Translations under genes and position numbers: made by a program
Assembly: GCA_006226775.1 (NCBI GenBank)
Contig: SBGD01000078.1
Span: forward strand, 31,967-95,966
DNA from: Paracoccaceae bacterium
Lineage (GTDB): Bacteria; Pseudomonadota; Alphaproteobacteria; Rhodobacterales; Rhodobacteraceae
DNA: 64,000 bases
Reading direction: 5' to 3'
Shown: positions 9,921-19,464 of the stretch, one piece after another
Numbering within the stretch: position 1 is the first letter of the stretch
Layout: every line of letters starts with the position of its first letter
Notes under the pieces: model-generated
Databases searched by the model: none
What the model saw: only the letters and a program-made list of their open reading frames with translations
What the model was told of the DNA's origin: nothing

Positions 9921-11045
9921 ATGCAGGCACCGGTTTTCATCGGATCGCGAATCTATCGCGGCTCCAGCTACGGGGCACGCCATCCGCTGAGCATCCCGCG
10001 GGTGCCGACGGTGATCGACCTGTCGCGCGCGCTGGGCTGGCTGCCCGAGGCGCGCTATCGCACCTCGCCCCGGGCCCGGCCGCGCGCGCTTCGGGCGTTT
10101 CACACCGAGGCCTACATCGCCGCGCTGCAACGGGCCGAGGCCGAGCAGGAAGTGGTGGCGCAGGACCGGGAGGCTTTCGGGCTGGGCACGCTGTCGAACC
10201 CGGTCTTTGCCGAGATGTTCCGCCGTCCGGCCACCGCGGCGGGCGGGTCGCTGCTGGGGGCGGCACTGTTGCGCGAGGGCGGCATCGTCTTCAACCCCGG
10301 CGGCGGCACCCATCACGGCATGGCGGGGCGCGCGGCGGGGTTCTGCTATCTCAACGATCCGGTGCTGGCGCTGCTGGCCTTCCGGGCGCAGGGGCTGCGG
10401 CGGATGCTTTACCTGGACATCGATGCGCATCATGGCGACGGGGTCGAGGCGGCCTTTGCGGGAGCGGGTGACATCCGCATGATCTCGGTCCACGAGGCGC
10501 GGCGCTGGCCCTTTACCGGCGGTTTCGGCGACCGCGCGAGGGGCGCGGCGCTCAACCTGCCGGTGGCGAAGGGGTTCAACGACGCCGAATTCGCGCTTCT
10601 GCGCGACCGGGTGATCCTACCTGCCGTCGAACGGCTCGACCCGCAGGTCATCGTGCTGCAATGCGGCGCGGACGCGGTGGCCGAGGATCCGCTGGCGCGG
10701 CTTTGCCTGTCGAACAATGCGCATTTAGACCTGGTGGCGCGGCTGAAGGGGGCGGCGCCGCGGCTTCTGGTGCTGGGCGGCGGCGGCTACAATCCCTGGA
10801 CGGTGGGGCGGCTCTGGACCGGGGTCTGGGGTGTGTTGAGCGGCCAGGAGATGCCTGACCGGCTGGAGGGGGCAGCGCGGGAAGTGTTGCTGGCGCTGGA
10901 TTGGGCGCGGCAGCGCGGGCCGGTGGAGGCCCGGCTGACCGACAGCCTGCGCGATGCGCCGCGGGGCGGGCCGATCCGGCCGGAGATCGATGCGCTGGCC
11001 GATCGTGCGGCGGGGCTTGTCAGGGGCTGGTTTTGGAGCGGGTAA
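9921..11045 (+). CDS. Histone-deacetylase superfamily protein (AcuC-like)
   Basis: GGGTHH, GFCYLND, DIDAHHGDG, QCGADA..DPL, GGGGY motifs. Confidence 0.9.
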   Translation: MQAPVFIGSRIYRGSSYGARHPLSIPRVPTVIDLSRALGWLPEARYRTSPRARPRALRAFHTEAYIAALQRAEAEQEVVAQDREAFGLGTLSNPVFAEMFRRPATAAGGSLLGAALLREGGIVFNPGGGTHHGMAGRAAGFCYLNDPVLALLAFRAQGLRRMLYLDIDAHHGDGVEAAFAGAGDIRMISVHEARRWPFTGGFGDRARGAALNLPVAKGFNDAEFALLRDRVILPAVERLDPQVIVLQCGADAVAEDPLARLCLSNNAHLDLVARLKGAAPRLLVLGGGGYNPWTVGRLWTGVWGVLSGQEMPDRLEGAAREVLLALDWARQRGPVEARLTDSLRDAPRGGPIRPEIDALADRAAGLVRGWFWSG

Positions 11046-11107
11046 CGGGAATCGAACCCGTAACTTTAGCTTGGGAAGCTCGCGTGATACCTTTTCACCA
11101 TACCCGC
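11034..11107 (-). tRNA. tRNA-Gly (CCC)
   Basis: GCGGGTATGGTGAAAAGGTATCACGCGAGCTTCCCAAGCT...GGTTCGATTCCCGTTACCCGCTCCA. Confidence 0.95.
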
Positions 11108-11179
11108 GCTCCGGATCGCTGAAATAAACCAAGGCGCGGGGCGGCGCAAGAGCCGCGTGGCGTTTCTCTGCGCCGGCGT

Positions 11180-13228
11180 TCAGCCCCGCCGCCGGCGCCG
11201 CCTGCGCCCGCCCTCGGCATCGTCGCCGCCGGTGTTGAAGCTGACCTCGGGCAGGTTGACCACCTTGCGCAGTTCCGGGAAGGGATCGGTGGCGTGGGGG
11301 ATGGCGTTGGCGTTGACGAAATGCTCCTGGAACTTCGGCGCGATGGCGGTTTCGACCTTGGTGATCCGGCCCACCGTTTGCTCGATCTCGGCACGGGCGG
11401 CGATATTGCACAGCGCGATGCGCGCGCCGGTGCCGGCGGCATTGCCCGCGCTGGTGACCTTGTCGAGCGGCACGTCGGGGATCATGCCCAGCACCATGGC
11501 GTGCAGCGGCGAGATATGCGCGCCGAAGGCCCCGGCGAGGACCACCCGGTCGACCTTGTCGACCCCGCGCTCGTCCATCAGCAGGCGCGAGCCGGCATAA
11601 AGCGCGGATTTGGCCAGCTGGATGGCGCGGATGTCGCCCTGGGTCACGGTGATGCGCGGCCCGCCCTCGTCGGTGGCGTCGTGGATCAGGTAGGCATGGG
11701 TGCGGCCCTCGGGTTGGCTGCGCGGCGTGCCGGTCTGGGCGGCGGATCCGATCAGGCCGGAGGGGTCGACCAGCCCGGCGATGCGCATTTCCGCCACCGC
11801 CTCGATGATGCCGGAGCCGCAGATTCCGGTGATGCCGGTGGTGGCGGTGGCCTCGGCAAAGCCCTCCTCGTCGGACCACAGGTCACAGCCGATCACCCGG
11901 AAGCGCGGCTCGCGGGTGACGGGGTCGATGCGGATCGCCTCGATGGCGCCGGGGGCGGCGCGCTGGCCCGAGGAAATCTGCGCGCCCTCGAAGGCGGGGC
12001 CGGTGGGCGAGGAACAGGCCAGCACGCGGGAGGTGTCGCCCAAAAGGATCTCGGCATTGGTGCCGACATCGACCATCAGCGCGAGATCCTGGCTCTTGCC
12101 CGGCTCTTCCGACAGGGCCACGGCGGCGGAATCGGCACCGACATGCCCGGCGATACAGGGCAGGATATAGACCTTGGCGCGCGGGTTGATGGTGTCGAGG
12201 TCAAGCTCCTTGGCGTCGATCCTGAGCGAGGCGGAGGTGGCCAGCGCAAAGGGCGCCTGGCCCAGTTCCACCGGATCGATGCCCAAAAGCAGGTGGTGCA
12301 TCACCGGGTTGCAGACAAAGACCGTCTCGACGATCAGCGCCGGCTCGATCCCGGCCTCTTTGGCGACTTCGGCGGCCAGGGTATTCAGCGCCTCGCGCAC
12401 CGCGGTGGTCATCTCGACCTCGCCGCCGGGGTTCATCATCCCGTAGGAGACCCGGCTCATCAGGTCCTCGCCAAAGCGGATCTGCGGGTTCATTATGCCC
12501 GAGGACGCCTTGACCTCGCCGGTTTCCAGGTCGGTCAGGTGGGCGGCGATGGTGGTGGAGCCAAGGTCGATGGCCAGCCCGTAAAGCCCGGATTCGTGCA
12601 GCCCGGGCCAGATCTCGACGATGGTGGAGCGCGTCGCCCGGTGATCGCGGTGCAGCGCCACGGTGACGCGCCACTTGCCCTTGCGCAGCACCTTCTGCAG
12701 CTTGGTCATCAGCGTGAGGTCGGCGCGCAGCCCCTCGACCTGCCATTGCTGCTTGAGCGCGCGGGCCAGACGCTCGAAATCGCCGGTGGGTTCGTGCATG
12801 TCGGGCTCATCGACCTCGACATAGAACAGCCGGGTGGCCGGATCCATGACGATATCGCGCGCGGTGGCGGCCTTGCGCACCACCTGCTTGTGCACCTGGC
12901 TCTCGGGCGGCACGTCGATCACCACGTCCGATTGCACCGTCGCCTGGCAGCCCAGACGGCGGCCGGCCTTCAGCCCGCGTTTCTCGTCATAGCGCTCCTC
13001 GACGCTGTTCCAGGGGCTCAGCGCATCGGGGGCCACGGTCACGCCGTGCTTGGAAAACTCGCCCACACCGGGGGTGATCTGGCATTTCGAGCAGATGCCG
13101 CGGCCGCCGCAGACCGAGTCGAGATCGACGCCCAGCTGGCGGGCGGCGGTCAGGATCGGCGTGCCGACCGCAAAGCGGCCGCGTTTGCCGGAGGGGGTGA
13201 AGACGACGAGGGGGTCTTGCTCGGCCAT
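11180..13228 (-). CDS. 2Fe-2S plus ASKHA ATPase, corrinoid reductive activator (RamA/RACo-like)
   Basis: N-terminal CGGRGICSKC...RLGCQ ferredoxin domain; DLGSTT, DVGTNAE, GPAFEG, GICGSG, LAGAFG. Confidence 0.88.
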   Translation of the reverse strand: MAEQDPLVVFTPSGKRGRFAVGTPILTAARQLGVDLDSVCGGRGICSKCQITPGVGEFSKHGVTVAPDALSPWNSVEERYDEKRGLKAGRRLGCQATVQSDVVIDVPPESQVHKQVVRKAATARDIVMDPATRLFYVEVDEPDMHEPTGDFERLARALKQQWQVEGLRADLTLMTKLQKVLRKGKWRVTVALHRDHRATRSTIVEIWPGLHESGLYGLAIDLGSTTIAAHLTDLETGEVKASSGIMNPQIRFGEDLMSRVSYGMMNPGGEVEMTTAVREALNTLAAEVAKEAGIEPALIVETVFVCNPVMHHLLLGIDPVELGQAPFALATSASLRIDAKELDLDTINPRAKVYILPCIAGHVGADSAAVALSEEPGKSQDLALMVDVGTNAEILLGDTSRVLACSSPTGPAFEGAQISSGQRAAPGAIEAIRIDPVTREPRFRVIGCDLWSDEEGFAEATATTGITGICGSGIIEAVAEMRIAGLVDPSGLIGSAAQTGTPRSQPEGRTHAYLIHDATDEGGPRITVTQGDIRAIQLAKSALYAGSRLLMDERGVDKVDRVVLAGAFGAHISPLHAMVLGMIPDVPLDKVTSAGNAAGTGARIALCNIAARAEIEQTVGRITKVETAIAPKFQEHFVNANAIPHATDPFPELRKVVNLPEVSFNTGGDDAEGGRRRRRRRG

Positions 13229-13318
13229 GGGGGATTCTCTTTCGCACGTTTGGCGCGATCATAGGGCCGCAATCGCCAAGGGAAAGGCCCGCTTGCGGCA
13301 GGCCATGGGAGGGACGCG

Positions 13319-14473
13319 TCACGACGCGGTTTCCGCCAGCCAGCGCAGGATCTCGCCGCGGTTGCCGTCGAGATCGGGGACCGGCGGGCGCGTCGTCTTG
13401 TCATCCATACCGGAGATCTTGATCGGGTTGCCGACCGCGGCAAAGGCATGGCGGCCATTGCGGTCGAGCACGTCGACCACCATCCGGCGGGCAAGCGCCT
13501 GCGGATCCTTCAACACCTGTGCCATGTTCTGGATCGGGCCCGCGGGAATGCCCGCGGCGCCCAGACGGGCGATCCAGTGGGCGCAGGTATTGCCCAGCGT
13601 GACCGCCTCGATCAGCCGCTTGAGCAGGCGCACGTTGCGGCAGCGCTCGGGATTGGTGGCAAAGCGCGGGTCATCGGCCAGCGGCAGGTCGAGACAGATG
13701 CACAACCGCTCGAACAGCAGATCGTTGCCGGCGGCGATCACGAAGCGGCCATCGGCGGCGTGAAAGGTCTCGGCCGGGGCGATCGAGGGATGGCGCGCAC
13801 CGCTGCGGCCGGGGGGCGTGCCGGTGGTGGTGGTCAGCGCGACGGCGTGGTGCAGGGCGGCCATTTGACTGTCGAGCAGGGCGATGTCGATCCGTCGGCC
13901 AAGCCCCGTGGTCTCGCGGTCATAGAGCGCGGCCAGAATGCCCTGAGTCAGGTAGAGGCCGGCCAGGATGTCGCCGATCGGCGCGCCGGCCGGCACCGGG
14001 TCACGGTCCTTTTCGCCGGTGACCGACATCATCCCGCCGCGCGCCTGCACCACAATGTCATAGGCCGGGCGCCGGGTCTCGGGCCCGGTCTGGCCGTAGC
14101 CTGACACCGACCCCAGGATCAGCCGCGGAAAGGCCGCGTGCAGATCGTCCCAACCATAGCCCAACCGCTCCATCACCCCGGGGCGGAAGCTTTCGACCAG
14201 CACATCGGCGCGGGCCAGCAGACGGTCGAAGACCTCGCGCTCGGCATCGGATTTCAGGTCCAGCGCGATGGATTTCTTGGAGTGGTTGATGGCCGAGAAA
14301 GGCGCGCTTCTGCCGTCCTTGAAGGGCGGAAAGGCGCGTGCATCATCGCCGCGGCCAGGACGTTCGACCTTGATCACGCGGGCCCCGAGATCGGCAAGCG
14401 TCATGGTCGCGAAAGGGCCGGCCAGCACCTGGGTCAGATCGAGGACGGTGACGTTTGAAAGCAGGTTCGGCAT
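13319..14473 (-). CDS. CaiB/BaiF family III CoA-transferase
   Basis: From MPNLLSNVTVLDLTQVLAGP; VIKVE.PG.GDD.R, N..KKSI.LDLK, ESFRPGVM. Confidence 0.92.
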   Translation of the reverse strand: MPNLLSNVTVLDLTQVLAGPFATMTLADLGARVIKVERPGRGDDARAFPPFKDGRSAPFSAINHSKKSIALDLKSDAEREVFDRLLARADVLVESFRPGVMERLGYGWDDLHAAFPRLILGSVSGYGQTGPETRRPAYDIVVQARGGMMSVTGEKDRDPVPAGAPIGDILAGLYLTQGILAALYDRETTGLGRRIDIALLDSQMAALHHAVALTTTTGTPPGRSGARHPSIAPAETFHAADGRFVIAAGNDLLFERLCICLDLPLADDPRFATNPERCRNVRLLKRLIEAVTLGNTCAHWIARLGAAGIPAGPIQNMAQVLKDPQALARRMVVDVLDRNGRHAFAAVGNPIKISGMDDKTTRPPVPDLDGNRGEILRWLAETAS

Positions 14474-14643
14474 GGGCGATTCCCGGGAAATGTCAGCGGA
14501 GGCATGGGCCGGGAGTATGACCAGAAATCGGGGGCCGGGGGCAAGGGCGCGCGTCGGGATCGGCGGGAAACCCCGCGTTGCTCTGCACGGAAAACGGGCA
14601 GATGCGGTGGCGCGCGTCCTGGCCTGACCGGATCGCGGCATCC

Positions 14644-15225
14644 TCAGAACAACTCGATATCGCCGCTGCCGGCGGATTTTGGCGGATGGGATGGCCGCGC
14701 GGGCGGCGGCGTGGCGATATCGCGCACCTCTTCCAGGAATTGCCGCTGGGCGCGGCCGGTGCAGGCCCAGAACCGGATCTTGCGGCCGCGTTGTCCGCCG
14801 AGGCAGCGGCTGACCACGGGAAATTTCTCGGTCTCCATGAACCATTCGGCGAAACGCGCATTGGCCAGCCCGATCTCTCGGCCGCCGCTGTACATCTTGG
14901 CGCCGCCGAACAGTTTCACCCGCAGCCGGTCGCGCCGCGCGCCGCGTTTGATCAAGCCGTTGACCAGAAGCTCCATCGCGTTGACGCCGAAGCGCAGGTT
15001 GCCGGTGGCCTCATGGGTGTCGCCGGGCAGCAGGAAATGGTTCATGCCGCCGATCCCGGCCTGCGGATCCCACATCGCCGTGGCGACGCAGGAGCCGAGG
15101 ATCGCCGACATCACCTCCTGCGGGTCGACCGAAAACATGGTGTCCCCCTGCAGGACGTTGACCCGCTTCATCGGCGCCGCGGCGGGGGGCATATCGGCGG
15201 CGGCAGTGCCGAACACACCGCTCAT
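14644..15225 (-). CDS. cheD: Chemoreceptor glutamine deamidase CheD
   Basis: LGSCVA, GGMNHFLLP, KLFGGA, GG..GRKI motifs. Confidence 0.93.
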   Translation of the reverse strand: MSGVFGTAAADMPPAAAPMKRVNVLQGDTMFSVDPQEVMSAILGSCVATAMWDPQAGIGGMNHFLLPGDTHEATGNLRFGVNAMELLVNGLIKRGARRDRLRVKLFGGAKMYSGGREIGLANARFAEWFMETEKFPVVSRCLGGQRGRKIRFWACTGRAQRQFLEEVRDIATPPPARPSHPPKSAGSGDIELF

Positions 15226-15288
15226 TCCGTCCCGCCTTGCCGCGGCACGCGCGGGCCGGGGCGCGGGTCGGGACCCAACGCGCCGCGC

Positions 15289-17217
15289 TCAGAATTCATC
15301 CCATCCGTCATCGTCATTCACCGCCTTGCGGGTCCGGCGCGTCGCCGAGGCAAAGGAAAGCACAGGCTCCGCCGCGCCCTCGTGCGACCGGTCCGTCGCG
15401 GACAGTTCCGAAGACCAGCCGTCATAGTCGGGCGTGCGGGTTGGCGTCGCATGGGCCAGCGCCTCGACCGCCCCGGCATCGAGCCGGAAGCTGCCCAGGA
15501 CATCGGTCATGCGTTCCGCCTCGTCCGAGAGCGAGCGGCTGGCGGCCGAGGATTCCTCGATCACCGCGGCGTTCTGCTGCGTCACGCGGTCGAGATTGCT
15601 GACGCTTTCCTTGATCTCGGCCAGGTTGTTGGCCTGCTCGCGCGAGCCGGTGGCAATGCGCGACACCAGTTCCGAGACATGGTTGACCCCTTCGATAATC
15701 TCGTTCAGGGCGCTGCCCGCCTTGCCGGCCAGATCGCTGCCGCGCGTGACATCCGCGCTGGAGCGCATGATCAGATCCTTGATTTCATTCGCCGAATCCG
15801 ATGCACGTTGGGCCAGGGCCCGCACTTCCGAGGCCACTACGGCAAAGCCGCGCCCGGCATCGCCCGCCCGCGCCGCCTCGACGCCCGCGTTCAGCGCCAG
15901 CAGATTGGTCTGAAACGCGATGTCGTCGATGACGCCGATGATCGCGGTGATCTGCTGCGAACTGTCCTCGATCGATTTCATCGCTGCGACCGTCTGGTCC
16001 ACCACGTCGCCCCCGGCCTCGGCCTGTTTCTTGTTCTGCACGATGCGCTTGTCGGCTTCGGCGGCGTGTTCGGCGGTCTGCTGCACGCTGGCGTTCAACT
16101 CTTCGATGGCGGCGGCGGATTCCTCGAGCGTGGCGGCCTGGGCCTCCGAGCGTTTCGACTGATCCGCCGCGACCTCGGAGATCTCGCGCGAGGAATTGCG
16201 CACGCTTTCGGCCGTTGCCATCACCGTCGACAGGACCTCGCGCAGGTTGGACAGCACGTTGTTGAAGCTGCGACAGACCGCCCGGTGATCATCATCCAGG
16301 CTGCTGAAATCGGCCTCGTCGATCGGGCAGTCGATTTCGCCGGCGGACAGGCGCTTGAGATGCTCGGCCAGCCGCTGGAACAGTTTCTGGCGTTCGGCCG
16401 CCTCGAGTTCGCGCGCATTACGCTCCGTGCTTTCGCGCGCCAGCGTGTCGCGCAGGATGGTCAGACGGTCGGCCATGTCGCCGATCTCGTCCAGCCGCCC
16501 GGTTTCGGGAATGGCGACCGCATAGTCGCCCTCCGAGACCGCCCCCATCGCCCGGCCCAGGGCGCTGATCGGGCGTTTGATCATGCGCGCGATCATGAAG
16601 ACGATGCCGGTCAACCCGGCCAGCGCCACCAGCGCGCTGACCATGAGCGCCTGCATGGTCTGTTCGAGATAGGCCGAAAGCGCGACATTGTGATCGCGCG
16701 CCAGCGCGACCACGCCCAGCAAGGCCGTGCCGTCCGGCGAGAGCACGGGCAGGGCGCTGACAAAGCGCAGCCCGTCGCCGCGGGTCTGCGCCGTCAGATC
16801 CTCGCGCGCGGCGGCGATCGCTTCGGGCATGAGGCGGGCATAGGGCGCGGCGGCCTGCTCACCGGTCCTGTAGGACGCCAGCGAGGTTCCGTCGCTGTGC
16901 ACCACCTCGATCATGACCAGGCCGGCGTCCTTCTCGACCACCGGCTGATAGATCGCGGAGATCCGGTCGCCGTCCTTGAAGCGTAGCGGGCCGCCCATCT
17001 GCCCGGCCAGCAATTCGATCAGCAGGGCCTCGGAGGCGGCCTCCTGCTGAAGGCCGATGGCGCGTTCGTTCTTGGCCACCAGACCGAAGCTGACGGCAAA
17101 GGAGACGAAGAACCCCAGGGCCATGACAAGCGCAAGTTTGGTCCGGATGCTGAGAGCCGAAAGCCGGGCGCGCAGGCCGGAGGGACGCGCGGAAGCGGAA
17201 AGGGAAGCTGATGTCAT
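15289..17217 (-). CDS. Methyl-accepting chemotaxis protein (2 TM, HAMP, C-terminal pentapeptide GWDEF)
   Basis: [34 protein letters not shown]; periplasmic domain between two TM helices. Confidence 0.96.
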   Translation of the reverse strand: MTSASLSASARPSGLRARLSALSIRTKLALVMALGFFVSFAVSFGLVAKNERAIGLQQEAASEALLIELLAGQMGGPLRFKDGDRISAIYQPVVEKDAGLVMIEVVHSDGTSLASYRTGEQAAAPYARLMPEAIAAAREDLTAQTRGDGLRFVSALPVLSPDGTALLGVVALARDHNVALSAYLEQTMQALMVSALVALAGLTGIVFMIARMIKRPISALGRAMGAVSEGDYAVAIPETGRLDEIGDMADRLTILRDTLARESTERNARELEAAERQKLFQRLAEHLKRLSAGEIDCPIDEADFSSLDDDHRAVCRSFNNVLSNLREVLSTVMATAESVRNSSREISEVAADQSKRSEAQAATLEESAAAIEELNASVQQTAEHAAEADKRIVQNKKQAEAGGDVVDQTVAAMKSIEDSSQQITAIIGVIDDIAFQTNLLALNAGVEAARAGDAGRGFAVVASEVRALAQRASDSANEIKDLIMRSSADVTRGSDLAGKAGSALNEIIEGVNHVSELVSRIATGSREQANNLAEIKESVSNLDRVTQQNAAVIEESSAASRSLSDEAERMTDVLGSFRLDAGAVEALAHATPTRTPDYDGWSSELSATDRSHEGAAEPVLSFASATRRTRKAVNDDDGWDEF

Positions 17218-17238
17218 GTCTGAGGTCCGTTGCAGAGG

Positions 17239-17808
17239 TCAGTAGGCCGCGGCCAGTTGTTCGAGATCGACCCCCACGGTGAGGGCGCCGATGAATTCCC
17301 CGTGCTCCAGCACCGGAAGGCTGATCTGGCTTTGGTAGCTTTGCGCGCTTTCGTCGAATTCCACATCGCCGATATGGATGCCGAGAGTGTCATGCGGCAC
17401 CTGCCACTTGGCTTCGTCGCCTTGCCAGTAATCCGATGTCACATCGCTTTGGGCGACATTCAGGCCGCGGATATCGGTCACGAAAATCTCGGTAAACCGG
17501 CCGCGGCCGGCGGATTTCAGCTCGCTCAGGTTGCGCGACAGCGGGCTGCTCAGAACCGCGTCGATCAGCGGGCCGCCCGACACGGTTTCATGGCGCCACT
17601 GGCGGTCGAGCGCGAGGATCTCGTCCTCGTTGAGCGTCGATGTCTTGGCATTCTGGGCGCGGATGGCAGACAGCACCTCGGGCTTCGCGGCCCAGCCGCG
17701 GATCGTGCTGTCGGCGAGCACTGTCAGCGCGTCGTCGAATTCGCTTTCCGCGGCAGCGGCACCGGCGCAAAGGCAGAGCGCAAGGCTCAGGGCAACGGCA
17801 GGTCTCAT
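17239..17808 (-). CDS. Secreted stand-alone Cache/PDC-like sensor domain protein
   Basis: Signal peptide MRPAVALSLALCLCAGAAAA; EIFVTD.RGLNVAQS..TSDYWQGDE.KW...I.DVEFDES; no TM or output domain. Confidence 0.7.
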   Translation of the reverse strand: MRPAVALSLALCLCAGAAAAESEFDDALTVLADSTIRGWAAKPEVLSAIRAQNAKTSTLNEDEILALDRQWRHETVSGGPLIDAVLSSPLSRNLSELKSAGRGRFTEIFVTDIRGLNVAQSDVTSDYWQGDEAKWQVPHDTLGIHIGDVEFDESAQSYQSQISLPVLEHGEFIGALTVGVDLEQLAAAY

Positions 17809-17858
17809 TTCAGTCTCCTGTGGTTTCGTCGGACAAGGCAACCATGGCGGCAAAAAAC

Positions 17859-17873
17859 TTAAAATCGGCTGAA
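17859..17873. promoter_or_regulatory. CtrA-like box (TTAA-N7-TGAA, one mismatch)
   Basis: TTAAAATCGGCTGAA in the gap upstream of the periplasmic protein/MCP/cheD genes. Confidence 0.4.
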
Positions 17874-17883
17874 GCCGCGCCGG

Positions 17884-19071
17884 TCAGAACAGCATCGAAT
17901 TGGCCTTGATTTGATCGGCTTTGGTCGAGAGCGCGGCCAGATTGGTCTCGGTGGCCGCATGAAAGTTCTCGAGCCGTTCGATGATGCCGTTCAGCCCGGT
18001 GTCGGCATTCTGCATCCGCCCGCTTTCCACCCGGCAGAGCAGTTTGACCACGTTCAGCCCGTTGATCCGATGCCGTAATTGGCGGCAGATATCCGGGATC
18101 GACCGGGCGGCGGCGGATATTTCCGCCAGCGAGGCCTTGCTGTCGGCCATCAGCCGCTCTGCCTGGTCGGCCAGCTGCGTCGCGCCGTCGAAATCCGGCT
18201 GTTCGGCGGCCTGGTTCATCAAGAGCGCGACCTGGGCCTGGAACCGCCCGCGGTCCAGCGCCATGCGCATCCGGCCCAGCGCACCGGCGTCGCGACATCG
18301 GAGTTTCTGCACGAGGTGCTGCATTTCCGCGGCCATGATGTCGTAGTTCTGCGAAATCGTTCCGAGCGCGCCGCTGGCGCCTTCCAGCCGGCCGGCGAGG
18401 ATGCGCATGTTGACCGGCTCGCTGCGGACCTTGACGAAGTCGCGGCCCACGGTATCGGCCCGCTCTTCGGCAGAGGCCAGCAGCGCGCTGAGATCGGCCA
18501 GCCGGGGCAGGCAGCAATTACCGATCTCGGCGGCACTCGTCCGCAGGCGGCATTCCTCGGCCAGCGCGGCCTGCATGAAAGCGTCGTAATCGGCGAAACC
18601 GAGATCGGCGAGCGCCTCGGTCAGGGCGCGGGCGCTTTGTTCGGGGGACCGGCCGGCCTGTTCCTGCGCCCGCAGGTCGCGATAGACCGTCCGGATGGTC
18701 TCGAAAAAAGGCGCGTTCGGGCGGATGCGGACCGAGAGAAAGCCGTCAGAGGTGCTCGTGATCGTGGCGAACACCCAGTAGACCCCGTCCGAGGCGGTAC
18801 GGTTCTTGATATAGGCGCAGACCGGCAGGCCGCGTTTCAGCCGATCCCAGAGCAGGTAGAACAGCCCCTTGGGCATGTCGCGGTGGCGCACGATCCGGTG
18901 CGGCGCGCCGACCATCTCGTCCAGCGACAGTTCCGCGATCTCGCAGAACTGCGGATTGGCATAGCGGATGATGCCGCGCGGGTCGGTGGAGGAGGCAAGG
19001 ATGGTGTCGGCGGGCAGGCGTGTCTCATTGCCCGTGCCGGGGCTGTCGGGGTCGCGGTGCAGGTCTTTCAT
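17884..19071 (-). CDS. Aer-like PAS domain protein with degenerate MCP-like C-terminus
   Basis: STDPRGIIRYAN..F...EMVGAPH.IVRH.DMP..LF..LW...KNR..DG.YWV.A; no TM, no canonical signalling tip. Confidence 0.8.
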   Translation of the reverse strand: MKDLHRDPDSPGTGNETRLPADTILASSTDPRGIIRYANPQFCEIAELSLDEMVGAPHRIVRHRDMPKGLFYLLWDRLKRGLPVCAYIKNRTASDGVYWVFATITSTSDGFLSVRIRPNAPFFETIRTVYRDLRAQEQAGRSPEQSARALTEALADLGFADYDAFMQAALAEECRLRTSAAEIGNCCLPRLADLSALLASAEERADTVGRDFVKVRSEPVNMRILAGRLEGASGALGTISQNYDIMAAEMQHLVQKLRCRDAGALGRMRMALDRGRFQAQVALLMNQAAEQPDFDGATQLADQAERLMADSKASLAEISAAARSIPDICRQLRHRINGLNVVKLLCRVESGRMQNADTGLNGIIERLENFHAATETNLAALSTKADQIKANSMLF

Positions 19072-19104
19072 GGCGTGGCCTTCCGGTTGCGGTGCGAGGG
19101 GCGT

Positions 19105-19446
19105 TCAGAACAGATCCACATGACCGGCCTCCGGCACCGGTTCGGCAGGCCCGGGCAGGCCGAAGATCCGGCGGTAATGGCCAAGCCGCGCCACCTCGGC
19201 CAAGGTCTCGGCATTGACGGTCTCCTCGGGGCAGGTCATGTCGGCAACGCTGCGCAGGATCGCTTCGAGATCGTCGAGGTGCTGGATCAGCGCATCAAAT
19301 TTCTGCATCTCCTTCAGAGGGTTGCCCTCGTAGGCCACCTCTGCATCGCCGAATACCGTCAGCTCCAGCCGCCGCGCGAAATCGGCCATTCGCTGCACGT
19401 CGAGCGCGAGCAGGTCGAGAATTTCATCCGTGCGGCGTGTGGTCAT
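19105..19446 (-). CDS. Small chemotaxis protein, CheT/CheZ-like (DxxxQ motif)
   Basis: Helical 113-aa protein directly after the second cheY; D51-A-L-I-Q55; ends ...GHVDLF. Confidence 0.6.
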   Translation of the reverse strand: MTTRRTDEILDLLALDVQRMADFARRLELTVFGDAEVAYEGNPLKEMQKFDALIQHLDDLEAILRSVADMTCPEETVNAETLAEVARLGHYRRIFGLPGPAEPVPEAGHVDLF

Positions 19447-19464
19447 TCCGGCGATCCTCCGCAC

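Noticed and set aside
4949-9940. 1663-aa ORF on the minus strand
   Set aside because: Antisense or off-frame shadow of bamE, olsB, the ABC-F gene and abrB in high-GC DNA; only the last 189 aa (YceD) look like a real protein.
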